Origin: Eledone cirrhosa
Taxonomy: Eukaryota
Direction: 5' to 3'
Assembly: GCA_964016885.1 (NCBI GenBank)
Contig: OZ024747.1
Span: 33,790,001 to 33,854,000, forward strand
DNA length: 64,000 nt
The position numbers and the translations under genes were made by a program. Position 1 is the stretch's first letter. Each line of letters starts with the position of its first letter. Below are positions 12,961 through 24,819 of this stretch, in pieces. The notes beneath the pieces are model-generated. The model worked only from the letters and a program-made list of their open reading frames with translations. It was not told where the DNA came from and did not search any database.

Positions 12961-15900
12961 ATGGCCGTATTAAGAGTAGGATGTTTAAATGTTCGAGGCC
13001 TGGGATCGTCCTGGAAGCAGGGTCACCTGCTCAACAACCTCAGGTCTCTAGAAATGGATGTAATTGCCGTCAGCGAGACCAGGATATCCGACACGCGCGC
13101 ACTAGCCCCCATTTTCGACGACTATCAGATATTTGCATCTGTTAGCCGGCCGGGAATGGGAAGCGGGGTGGTAGTGCTGTTTAGGAAAGGCCTGGATCTT
13201 GAGGTAAGGTCGATCTTCCGGGACCCGGACGGGAAGTTGGTGGTCCTGGACGTGAACAATAACGAAGGTGGTGCCTTTAGACTGGTGGCCGTCTATGCTC
13301 CTACCGGGGCAGGACGGCCGGACTTCTTTAGGCGCCTGGAAGCCTTCCTGTGTACGTCTCGCCCTTTACTGTTAGCGGGGGACTGGAACGGCATCTTAGA
13401 CGCACGCTGGGACTGTGTGGGAGTATCCGATAGGAGCGGGGGGTGCAAAAGCCTCAAGAACCGGATCAGCCATTTCCAACTGTCTGACAGGTTCCGACTA
13501 GATTTCCCTAATGCGCCAGTGTGGACCTGGACTAACCGCATAGGTTCATCTAGATCGTATATAGACAGGATATTCATTAGGAAAATAGACAGAAAGAGTG
13601 TAAGCTGTCCTCGTTTTGAAACGGTCGGTCGCCTATTCAGATCACAAGTTTGTGATCTGTATGGTCGACCAAGATAAGACGCGTAGGTTAGGACCTGGTT
13701 ACTGGTAGTTAAACATGACATTTCAGGCACGTAAGGCTTACAGGGACCAGGTCAACAATTTAGTTAAGAAAAAGTTGACAGGGGGAGTAGTCAACAATAG
13801 ATGGTGGGGGGCTCTCAAAAGAGAGATTAGAGTAATGTCGATTGAGTTTAGCAAAGAAGTGGGGTTAGAGAAAAATAGAAAGGAGGGGGAGTTGGTATAT
13901 AAGTTAGACGAGGTTGTTGGTAGTGGCATTGCAACTGACGTGCTAATGGCGAAAATAGCATTATACCATTTCTTCAATGCGAAACACGAAGGTTGCATCG
14001 TCAGAGCTAAGGCGCGTGCTCTGAGAAACGAGGGAACCAAAGCTATTCGATGGTCCCGCGTGGCAGAGGCACAGCGTGGTAATAAAACCACGATTCAGTC
14101 TTTGACGGACCGAGACGGACACGAGCTGAGCGATTCCAAGCGGATGTGTGAGGTCTTTCGCCAACATTTTGCTCGGTTGTTCGGGGGAAGTGGCGGGTCA
14201 TAGACGGTGGCGGACTTCAGTCCCTACCTCGATGGCTTGCCGCAACTCTCGACGGCTGATGCTGGGCGCTGCGAAAGGCCAATTACTTCAGCCGAGTTTC
14301 ACGATGCCCTTGTCGGCTGCATGAGGCGCAAGTCGCCCGGTTTGGATGGTCTGCCCTACTAGCTTTACGTAAATATGCAAAACTTGTTCTCAATTCTCCT
14401 CGAACGGGAGTATTCCCATTCTGTGAGCCGGGGCGTAGTGACGCTGATAAGGAAAGACGAGAACAAGAGGGACACATTAGACAATTTCAGGCCCATATCT
14501 CTGCTCAACACAGAGTTTAAGATTTTGAACAGGGTGTTAGCGAAGAGGTTGGCGCTTGTAGTCGGGGATTTGGTTGTGGAGGTGCAAACATGCGCAATCC
14601 CAACCAGGTCCATACACGACAACCTCCACCTAATGCAATACATCATAGAGAGGGTAGGGTGTAAACCTGGCTTCGGTGGGGCTCTGATCAATTTAGATCA
14701 ATCGAAAGCATTCGATAGGGTCGACCATCGGTACCTGGAGGCTGTCCTCAAGGCGGCTGGCTTCGGCCCCGTCTTCAGAAGCTGGATCGCTGCAATGCAC
14801 AGCGGCACCTGCTCGATGTTCCAAATTAATGGCCACCTCTCGGAACCGTTTCAGGTCTCCCAGTCGGTCCGTCAAGGGTGCCCTATCCCCTCCTTTCTGT
14901 ACGTATTGACTCTCGAGCATTTACTGCGGAAGCTGGAGCTGTTGCAGGGGTTCCTGCTCGAACCGGGACGTGGAAAGGCGGTTTCGGCTTATGCGGACGA
15001 CATCACGGTGATGGTGTTGGAAACCTCAGAAATCGAGGTGGTCGGCAACTAATTGGAGGAATATGAAAGGTTAACGGGAGCAAAACTTAACCCGGAAAAG
15101 TCGGTGGGCTTGCAACTCGGCACCTGGAGAGGCAAGGCCATGCCGTCCAACAGCATCGTTAGGCGCTGGACGGACGGACCGGTAAAGTTGATCGGGGTTT
15201 GGTTCGGGCCAGACCTCCAGGTGGATAAGAATTGGGACGAGGTGACGGGCAGGGTAGCCAGTCTCACCCAGAAATAGGCTGGGATGAAGCTATCACTGAA
15301 AGGTCGGGCGGAGATGTTGAACGCGTACATCGCGTCCGTCATCTACTACCGACTGACCGTCGTCCCTTACCCCCGTTCGCGCCTCGCCATCTTGGAGCGG
15401 CTCCTCTTCAAATTCTTGTGTAGAGGTCAGGTTCCGCTGGTGAGGCGGTCCATCTGCTGCCAGCACCCTCTACGTGGAGGGCTGGGCATGCCATGGCTAA
15501 TGATACGCAGGCACGCGCTGAGGCTGCGGCATCTCCAGATATTCTGCCTAAACGGTGAACAGGTGTGGTCGCCGTTTGTCAGCCGGGCCTTTCCGCAGCT
15601 CGTTTCTTTGACTGAGCTGCAGTCCTGGGTCAAGAAGAGACCGAGACTGGGTGACTGGCATCTGGAATGTTGCCAGGCACTCACTGCCCTCTACCAGGCG
15701 GGCAATGCGGTCAGTGGAATTTCCACTCTCGAGTTCTATAGAGGATTAGTGGTGGGGAAGTGCGACGACGCACTCGGAGAAGCTCTGGGAGTCAACGAAA
15801 TTGAACTAACCAGTCTGTATTGGAGGACTTTCGAGCCGGGGACGATGGATAATTTCCAAAAATACCTTGCTTGCCAGCGCTACCGGGGGGGGGGGGCACT

Positions 15901-16376
15901 GCCGGTTCGAGATAAACTCTACAGGCGCGGAAGTGCTGTCAGATGGACCTGCCCGAGATGTGCGCAGAGCGACGAAACCGTTCTGCACGCACTCGTCCAG
16001 TGTCCGTGCATTACTGACTTGTGGAATTATGTTGAACAGCTGTTGTCGCATGTAGAACGGATCCGGCTATCGGCCGAGTCCATAGTGAAGATCGACCCGC
16101 CGCCTTCTTTTGGCCAGGAAGGGCAGGCAATTTTCTCTGTCTGGTGGCAATAGCAAAAGAGGCTGTATGGTGGACGAGGTTGAAAGGACTGAAGACAGAC
16201 ACTTTTCTCTTCGGCCAATCCCTAATCAACTTTTTCAAGTTTAACTTGGAAAGGAAGGTGAAGGTGGAGAGAGAAGTGCTGCCCCCCCCCCCCCCATTAC
16301 ATTTGCTGAAAGATGGGTGAATGTTGCGAGAATGGCCCGTGTGAGTGGGCCTACTCTGGTCATGGGCTGTAGGTAA
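12961..16376 (+). pseudogene. Tx1-like ORF2: APE, RT, C-terminal zinc motif (stops and frameshifts)
   Basis: CLNVRGL, VYAP, GDWN, SYIDR, NFRPISLLNTEFKIL, LDQSKAFDRVDH, VRQGCP, AYADDIT, CPRCAQSDETVLHALVQC. Confidence 0.95.
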
Positions 16377-16637
16377 ATTTGAGGAGGAGAGGGGTGCCCT
16401 TCCAGGGTGCTCTCGAAGTGTCGGGTCGTTCAGGATTGGTGGGGTACCTGAGCGAACCCTGGGTGGTCATCACCCTATTGGGGAATTTTTTCTTGTAATT
16501 TTATTGTTACTTTGTTATTGTTATTCATATTGTTTACTCGATTTTTCTGTAAAACCCCACTGTTCTAGTCTTTTGTGTATTGTCCCCTATATGTCGGGGC
16601 CAATAAATGAAATCATTATTATTATTATTATTATTAT

Positions 16638-16690
<53 letters not shown>

Positions 16691-16751
16691 ATAGTAGCAC
16701 AAATATATGTGTATATATATATGAACCCGGGATAAACTTATATATATATAT

Positions 16752-17098
16752 GGAGGCACATGGCTTAGTGGTTAGAGCATTGGCCTTGCAATCGAAAGAT
16801 TGTGAGTTCAATTCTCAGACCGGGTGATGTGTTGTTTCCTTGAGCAAGACACTTTATTTCACATTGCTCCAGTTTACTCAGCTGTAGAAATGAGATGATA
16901 GGGACTGGGTTCCCTATCATTCCACTGCAAAGTGGACGTGTAGGCGCCACGGCAAAAAAGCACCCAGCACTCACTGTAAATGAGGTTGGTGTTAGGAAGG
17001 GCATCCAGCTGTAGAAATCAAGCCAAAATCAGTTGCCGTCCCACCCTTGCAAGCAGGGAAAAGCGGACGTAAAATAAAATGATGATGATGATGATGAT
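16752..17098 (+). mobile_element. tRNA-derived SINE family A with RTE-derived body and tail
   Basis: A box TGGCTTAGTGG, B box GAGTTCAATTC; terminal CCGTCCCACCCTTGCAAGCAGGGAAAAGCGGACGTAAAAT identical to the RTE end at 51041-51080; (GAT)n tail. Confidence 0.9.
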
Positions 17099-18356
17099 AT
17101 ATTATGTGTGTGTGTGTGTATTGTGTATATGTATCAATTTAACTTAATTTGAGCTAGTGGTTTTGCGAACAAAATTTAAATATTTCACCAATAATTCAGA
17201 AAATATGAAATAAATCTGTATGATTATTGTATAATTTTTCAATGTAGACAGTTCCCCTATTTATGTGATAATTATGTGAAAAGAATTTGTGGTAATCATC
17301 CCTTTCTGAAATATATCTCTCATGTAAAGGAAATGTATTGAAGCAACCATATACAAACTCTCCCACTGTAGATCAGCTGTAGTTATTATTTAGCCCTAAA
17401 TTAATTCTAATCAGAAGACATTCCAACAATAGCAACATGTTTGACACAGGAATGAAATCTAGAAAACATAATCCAATGTATCTTTCTTTAAGATGGTAAA
17501 ATATGACAATAAAAGGGATTTGTCTACTGCTATTTTTAGCAATTTAAATGACAAGCTATAGTCTCTGTTATTGACCCATTAAGATGTGTATATGTTTGAG
17601 TTGAGTTAATGCTGAGTCTACTACCTGAGTTTATTTGAATCACCAAATCTAAGACTTTAATGCCCTGATATTTTCCTGGTGAACCCTTGTCACTAGGTGT
17701 TCTACACACAAATCTTTCTTTGCATAACATCATCATCATCATCATCGATTTCCCTGCTAACAAGAGTTGGTTGGGTTTGCATAGACCCAGTTAGTACAGA
17801 AGTGGAGCTACTGAACTCTCAGACAGGTCAGGGATCTGCATTTTGCTTATACACATTCTCAGGTTCTACCAAGTGCACAGGAGAGGTTGTCATGTCTCTC
17901 TCAACTTTTTGTTTGGAAAGCCTCCTATGACTGGATGCCCTCCCTATCATTAACCACTTTACAGCATGTACTGGGTGCATTTATCATGTAGATCACCAAA
18001 CACTAGGGAGGCTGTCATGCCTTGACACAAGTGACAAGTCCTCACAACATTTTGCTTGGGAAGCTTTCTATGGCATACATAGCACCGATTCATCAAGATT
18101 GATACCAAACTGAAACAATGGTTTCCTGGTGACATTATATACAATGAAACTAAATCATTTGACTTGAAGGACATAAAAAAACAAAACAATTTTAACTGTT
18201 ATTTTTTCATATTAAACATACCATCTGTGCCAGGCATCTCCAACTTACAGGCTATGTCACAAGAACAACAAACCTACTACAAAACTATTAGTATGGGGGC
18301 CAACTAATGTGAAACAAACATATACGACCTCTCAAGACCTTAAATAAAGACATTTA

Positions 18357-18645
18357 GGAAGATACTGAATTGTCCAGTGAAGAACTGAGGCTGTTAAAAT
18401 TGGATTGTGTAAGATGGAAAGGTTTTATCTTGTCACCACAAAGAGTGGAGGAATGTAGTAGTAGTAGTAAAAAGCTTCCATCATAATTTTATGAAAGCAC
18501 CTTTGTTAAGTTATGTTCCAAAAGAGAGACATTGTGGAAGATGCAGAACTATCTTGTGAAGAACTGAGGCAGTTAATGTTGGATTGTGTGAGATGGAAAG
18601 ATTTTATCATGTCACCACAAGAAGTGGATGCATTTAGAAGTAGTT
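18357..18645 (+). repeat. Diverged direct duplication (about 180-bp period) of a probable old LINE 3' end
   Basis: GTGAAGAACTGAGGC...TTGGATTGTGT.AGATGGAAAG.TTTTATC.TGTCACCACAA occurs twice, each followed by AGT repeats. Confidence 0.6.
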
Positions 18646-18718
18646 TGCTTATTTTCTTGGTGTTTTAACTTTAGTATTGTGTTATTTGCATTGTTCTAAT
18701 GCATTTGTATGCATTATT

Positions 18719-18797
18719 TTATGGGGTCGATAAAATAAAGTACCAGTAATGCACTGGGATAATTACTGGCATTATGCCAAAAGTAGAAACAATTATT
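18719..18797 (+). mobile_element. 5'-truncated SINE family C
   Basis: GGGGTCGATAAAATAAAGTACCAGTAATGCACTGGG...GTAGAAACAATTATT; ATTATTTT on both flanks. Confidence 0.8.
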
Positions 18798-19668
18798 TTG
18801 AGAGGAATTTCTGAGACTTCTGTGACTTAGCAAACAACATATTTTTTTTAATAACGTAATTAAACAGATATATTTATTAAAACTGCCTTCTCAATTGGTG
18901 ATTATTCTTTATAAAAATTGGTGGAAAAAATTATTTTATTCTACGTTAAATGCCTATTATGAAAAACATTGGGGTAATTAAAAAGCAACCTGTTTTCATA
19001 TCCTTGTATGATTTCATATTTTATTTGCCTTCGTCTGCAAGACATAAAACATTTCTCATTTGGCTTGCCTCCAAAAAACTTTACTGGGCCCTGATTTAAG
19101 TAATAAAATAAATATGATTATTAGCATCAGGAGATGTTATAATCCATCTGCTGTCTGGTAATAAAGTCAGAGATCTCCATAATTATGTGGACAGTCAATT
19201 TAACATGCATGATTTTTTACACAAATACAAGAATTTATATTTGAAAGAAGGAAACTCACAGAGGAGACGACAAAGGAACACAGCAAGTGGAGAGATGCTA
19301 TGCTGAAAAGGAGGCATCCAATCCATGTGAGTGTTGAAAAATGGACTTAAAAACAAAGATGAGGATGATGGAAACAGTCAATTATAGCACCCCTCACCCA
19401 GTACTCAACTGGTACTTTATTCCATTTTAACCCAAAGAATATATCAATAAAGTTGACATCAGAAAAATTCATACTCTCAATGTAAAGGTCCATATCTAAA
19501 TGCTACATGGCCTTACCAATTCTACTAAATGACTACTCTTCTGACATATAAATAAAGCTACTAGGAACTAGTACTCTTTCTGGCTACTGAATAAAAATAC
19601 TTTTTAATTTTACATTAATGTAACGAACATCAGCGAAAAATTGCAGTCTGTGGTACTTACTAATAGTT

Positions 19669-19952
19669 GAGACCTGTGACCAAAGGGTAAGGGTGTTGGA
19701 CTTACGATCATAATATCATGGGGTTGATTCCTAAACTGGATTGTGTGGTGTGTTCTTGAGAAAAACACTTCATTTTTCTATTGTTCCATTATAGTCAGCT
19801 GAAAATGGGTACCAGCAATAGCTGGGGGTTTAACCTCGCAAAGGACTGGCATCCTGTCTGGTGGGGAGTCTTGTATTCTCAGTTACGTAACCCCATGGAA
19901 ACAGGATAAATACCAGCTTGATGAGCCTCCAGGCTTGAGATAATTTAGACTT
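19669..19952 (+). mobile_element. tRNA-derived SINE family B (diverged)
   Basis: Homologous to the reverse complement of 40483-40752. Confidence 0.75.
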
Positions 19953-21195
19953 GGTACCTACTAATACCTAGAGCAACTTAACTATTTAGAAGTGATTTAG
20001 TGTTGGACATAGTATGGCCCTTTTTCATCTCCAGTTTGTCTGCTATCCTTACCGACTCAGCTGGTCATAACTTTGCAAGTAGAGAAAACACTATGTAACA
20101 AACATTTCCTTCTATTTGCTCTTGAAACTTCTTGCTGAAAACAATGAACAAATCATACCAGTATTCTTCTATCTCAAAAAATGCTTGAAATCAGCATGAT
20201 TACCTATTATTCACTGCCCACAAGATGAATCATCATCATCTTCATTCTATGTCCACTTTTCCCTGCTTGCAAGGGTATCAATCATAATTAAAAGTTAGAC
20301 AGTAACATCCTAACTAAAACCATTGACTCCCCACTAACATCACTAACAATTACTAGTAAACACTACAATTACCACAAAAGGTCACATCACTACCATCAAT
20401 TGTACTACAACTATTGTTATCACAAACAACCACAAAATTTCAACCTAGTAGACTTTAAAGATTATTATCTTTCTTTAAGAAAGGAAATGAAATGTGAAGA
20501 ATATTATTGGCAGATTTCATTCAATTGGAATTGACTAAAAACCAAATATCTATTTTTCCTCAGATGATTTAAAAAAAGAACAACATTTTGTTTTACATTT
20601 TTATATTTGATTATTTTAAAAATCAACTTTGTTTACATTCAGTTATTTGTTTTGGAAATTTGTATATATATATGTGTGTGAATTAGTACGAGAATTGTGT
20701 GTGAGATTGTATGTGTGTATGTTCAATAAATATATGTAGAGTGGTGATAGTGGTGGTAAGCTCTCATAAATAATGAATCCATGTTTGCAGGACCAATCCT
20801 CAATTAAACTATTGATCATTTCACTGTAAATTACTGGTGTGTTAACAGTGTTTACAAAACACAGAAAATATCTATATATTTAGTGCTAAAACTCTACATA
20901 ATATAAAAATATAAACAACTTGTCTATTAATACAATATGTTCAAGGAAAGAAAAATGAAGGTTTCGCTGGAGAGGATTAACTCAACTGTTGGGTTTCCAT
21001 TTACAACTGAGGGAGTACTCTTTTTAACTGCCAATGGCAAACTTCTTATCAACTCACAATTACTAAAGTATTAAATCAATAAGATAGACTAATTTGCATA
21101 TATAACACATCGTTGGTAACCCATTCCCAGTGTTTTGTTTCAATACTATACTATTCTAAAGAATATATCTATAGAGTGTAGCAAATACTCTATAT

Positions 21196-21519
21196 CAGCA
21201 GTCACCAATCTGTGGTCCGTAGACAACTGGTGGACTGACAGAAAATGTTGGTGGTTCTGCAGAAAAATTTGGACATTATTTGCAATTTTTATATTTTATC
21301 AATAATAAAACAAAAATAATATTTCCCCTCAATAAAGAACTAACATCAATGAAATAATTTTACACATATGTATCATCTATCGACAATACGGCACACGTAT
21401 GCTTCAGTATTGTTTCATAACATTTTACAAGTGTATTTATCTTTTTTTTAAAATTCATATTAGTGGTCTGTGGGATTTAACATTATGAATTTAGTGGTCC
21501 ATAAGGTTGGCGACCGCTG
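21196..21519. mobile_element. Non-autonomous hAT (Charlie-like) element
   Basis: TIRs CAGCAGTCACCAATCT / AGGTTGGCGACCGCTG; 8-bp TSD CTCTATAT vs CGCTATAT. Confidence 0.8.
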
Positions 21520-22141
21520 CGCTATATGATACATAAGTAAACACAGTTCACTGTTTAACTGCTAAGGGCTTCAATAAATTGGAGAAATCAGTTTGTACAT
21601 ACACATACTGATGGAAGGAAAGGAAAAGGCTATCCTCAGACTTGAGATCCTTACAACAGAAGGCAACTAATAGCAACCAAGAGTCAACTTATTATATGTT
21701 GGTTGAGAGGCACTTGGGTTCTGCCAATGCTGGCTAGCCAACTGAAATATGTAATAAATACAACTTTACTAAAATTAGATGTGTTTTGTCATCCATATAC
21801 CTATAAATTAACCCTCCACCTCTCTCTTTCTATTTCTCTTATATATATATATATTTTAAAATCAATTGACAACCAAAGAAGGTACTTCAAATCCTTTTAT
21901 TTAATGTCCATTTTTCATGTTAAACATTTTCCCATTGTGAGACAACTCTAATCAGATGACCATGTCATGCTCATACAGAACTGTTTCTGGCTTGGTTTCT
22001 AAGGCTGCATGCCCTTTCTAATGCCAATCACATTTACAGCGTACTCTGGTTGCGTTTTATTGTGGCAACAAAACAACCAGCAGACAGGTCTGACTGTGTG
22101 CTTTTTGTCATATCACCATATCTATATATACATTAATCTAT

Positions 22142-22201
<60 letters not shown>

Positions 22202-24102
22202 ATGCACACAAATTGAGGATGTTAAAAAATTGAATGTTTAATAGATATTTGCAACAAAGCTAATGTAAGTTGTTAATATATCTATCTTAATTTTCTGAAT
22301 TCTCATTATGTTATTCTTTTCTTTTTCATTTTCTTGTTTTCATTTTATTCATTCTATTTACTATATTCACTTTTTTCTAGTCTTGTGTATGTTCATGTGT
22401 TTCTTTGTCTCAAACGTCGAAGGCAATAGAATATTTACCAAACTTTAAAAAAAATGATTTCTTTGTTTAATCATAATTTCCTACTTTGTACAGATATTTC
22501 TTTTTTTTTTGCAGTTTATTTTTATTTTTATTATTTTTATTTTCTTGTTTACTACATCTGATTTATGTTTGAAAAAATGATGATTGTCTACAATGGCAAA
22601 AAGTAATCCACGAGGGATAAAAATCCAATGATTCAGACTATTGTAATTCTTTGGGAAGAGAGAATAGTTCTTGCATATAAGAAAATGAAAAAAACGAACA
22701 GTGTGATGAAGAAAGATAGATGTAAAATAGGAGGGATGAAAACCAGTAAGAGAAGGTATATAGTAGTGTAGAGTGTAACATGAACTTTAAGGGAGCTGTA
22801 TGATATGGGAAAAAGAAAGTTGCAAAGAGAAGAGTGATGAATAACGTTTGTAGCAAGATCAAGGTCAGTTTGAATAGAGGAAAGGGGTTAGGGCCTTGTA
22901 AGTAAAATAGGAGATAAGTGAAGAAGCTGGACAATGAGGTGAAGAATAAAAGAACATTAACACAAGAGAGGAGGATGTGGATTTTGTGAAGGATATTGGT
23001 AGTGAGATTTTGAAGTATTTGAAGGTTAGATTGGTGACAGCAGAAGGAGATCGAAAGAAGTAGATTAGCTGGTGTATCATGGTAGGATGTAGCTTTTGAG
23101 ACATCTCTGGTAGAACAGACAGTCACTAAGTTGAGAAATAGTTAGCTACCAGTAGATATCACCAAATTAAACAACAATTTCTTTGCTCTTATCAGCTGGT
23201 TTTATAATGATATCGCACCAAAAATAGAGTTAACAGCGAGAGACAAGCTTCAGTGGAGAGATTGCAGGGCCGTGATTATTTATGGAATTACTAATATTCT
23301 AGATTTTGATGACAATTCTGTAGGAACAACATCAAGAAGAGTATTCAGTTGGAATGTTGCTGCTGAAACTTCATAAAACAGTAAGAAATTGAGGGAGAAA
23401 ATATTCTGTTATGGAGGAAAGGCCATAAGTGAGTACATTGAAGGGGCCATTAAGTCATGACACTCTGAAAAACATCTATTTGAAGTGTGGGTGGGATAAT
23501 AAGGGGATGTTAGTAGAGTAGGTGCCAGACAATGTAAAAGGAAGTAGGAGGTAATGATAATGAACAAATGTGCTCTTTGCCTTTACTGATACAACTACTA
23601 CAGTGTTCTATACTCTTCGCAGTTAGTTAGTCTCATGTTACTTTTACTCATATACTCCTGACTCAGTTCGTTTCTTACTACCAGTATACTGTTCATCTTT
23701 CTGCTGGTCAACACTAACCACTACACCCAAATAGTAATAACTCACTTCTGACACATATCTTGCCACTCTCAGACCAAACACAATAAAACATATAAAAACA
23801 CTAGTGGAAGATTTCATATTTGATGAAGTAAGTTGAGAACAAATTTAGTCAAATGATATAATGTGTCTTGAATTCACTGTTAAACACACACACATGCAAT
23901 TGTACACCCACACATACAATCACAAGAGCACATACATATACATATGATATATATAAACACATTATATATTTATATATGTGTGTGTGTATGTGTATATACA
24001 TATATGTGTATATCTATATATAGGTATGTATGAATATAATTAATTAATTAGAGTATGTGTTTGTTTATCACTGACACTTGTACTTCATGATTATTATATG
24101 CA

Positions 24103-24287
24103 TGATTGGCAGTATCGGTAGAGGGTTGGATGCCATGCTTTGACGCATAGAGTTACGGCCCTTGCCATTCTGAGTTCAAATCGCGCCGAGGTCAACTTTG
24201 CCTTTCATCCTTTCGGGGTTGATAAAATAAAGTACCAGTAATACACTGGGTAATTGCTGGCCTTGTGCCAAATGTAGAAACAATTAT
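24103..24287 (+). mobile_element. SINE family C
   Basis: Colinear with 6590-6779; flanked by ATTATATGCATG / ATTATATGTATG. Confidence 0.85.
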
Positions 24288-24819
24288 ATGTATGTATGTA
24301 TATATATATACATTATTATAATGTATATACATATATATATATAAGATAATCTTCTCGTATTTAAACTGTTATTATTTGTTATATGTTCGTTTAACTTAGA
24401 ATCTAATCTTTTCAATAATATGGATAAATGTGTCGGACCTTTCTAAAAATAATCTTCTCGTAAAGTTTTACATTTCCCTCCCCCACACACCACCATTGCT
24501 ATTTTGTCTAATCATAATTCAGCGGTTTATAGTATGTTTCTCTTACCAATCTCTATCATAAAGCCACCACTTCAGCTATTACTCCTTAAGTTTAGACCGG
24601 CTACCTTTTCCATATGCTAGATGGACTACAGAATTTGAAGAGTCTGAACAATCTGAACATTCAATGACAATGTCAAAGATAAAGATAAATTCACCTCCTG
24701 CTGCCGGACGAGAATGCAAGGATCCTCTTTATTTCAGACACGGATGGCCAACATAATTCCATCTCCCACACCCCTCCCTGCACCTCCAACCATCCCCTCC
24801 ACCCACCAAACGAAATCCA

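Larger units (their letters stand above)
10746..16614 (+). mobile_element. L1-clade Tx1-like non-LTR retrotransposon, copy 2 (different subfamily), flanked by (ATT)n
   Basis: ORF1 plus ORF2; AATAAA at 16602 followed by TGAAATC(ATT)8; (ATT)9 immediately upstream. Confidence 0.92.

Noticed and set aside
16752-16825. Functional tRNA gene
   Set aside because: A and B boxes are present, but it continues into SINE body and tail in three copies and lacks a clean acceptor stem
22638-23126. 162-aa minus-strand ORF
   Set aside because: Compositionally biased with no clear motif; possibly very old LINE debris but not assignable
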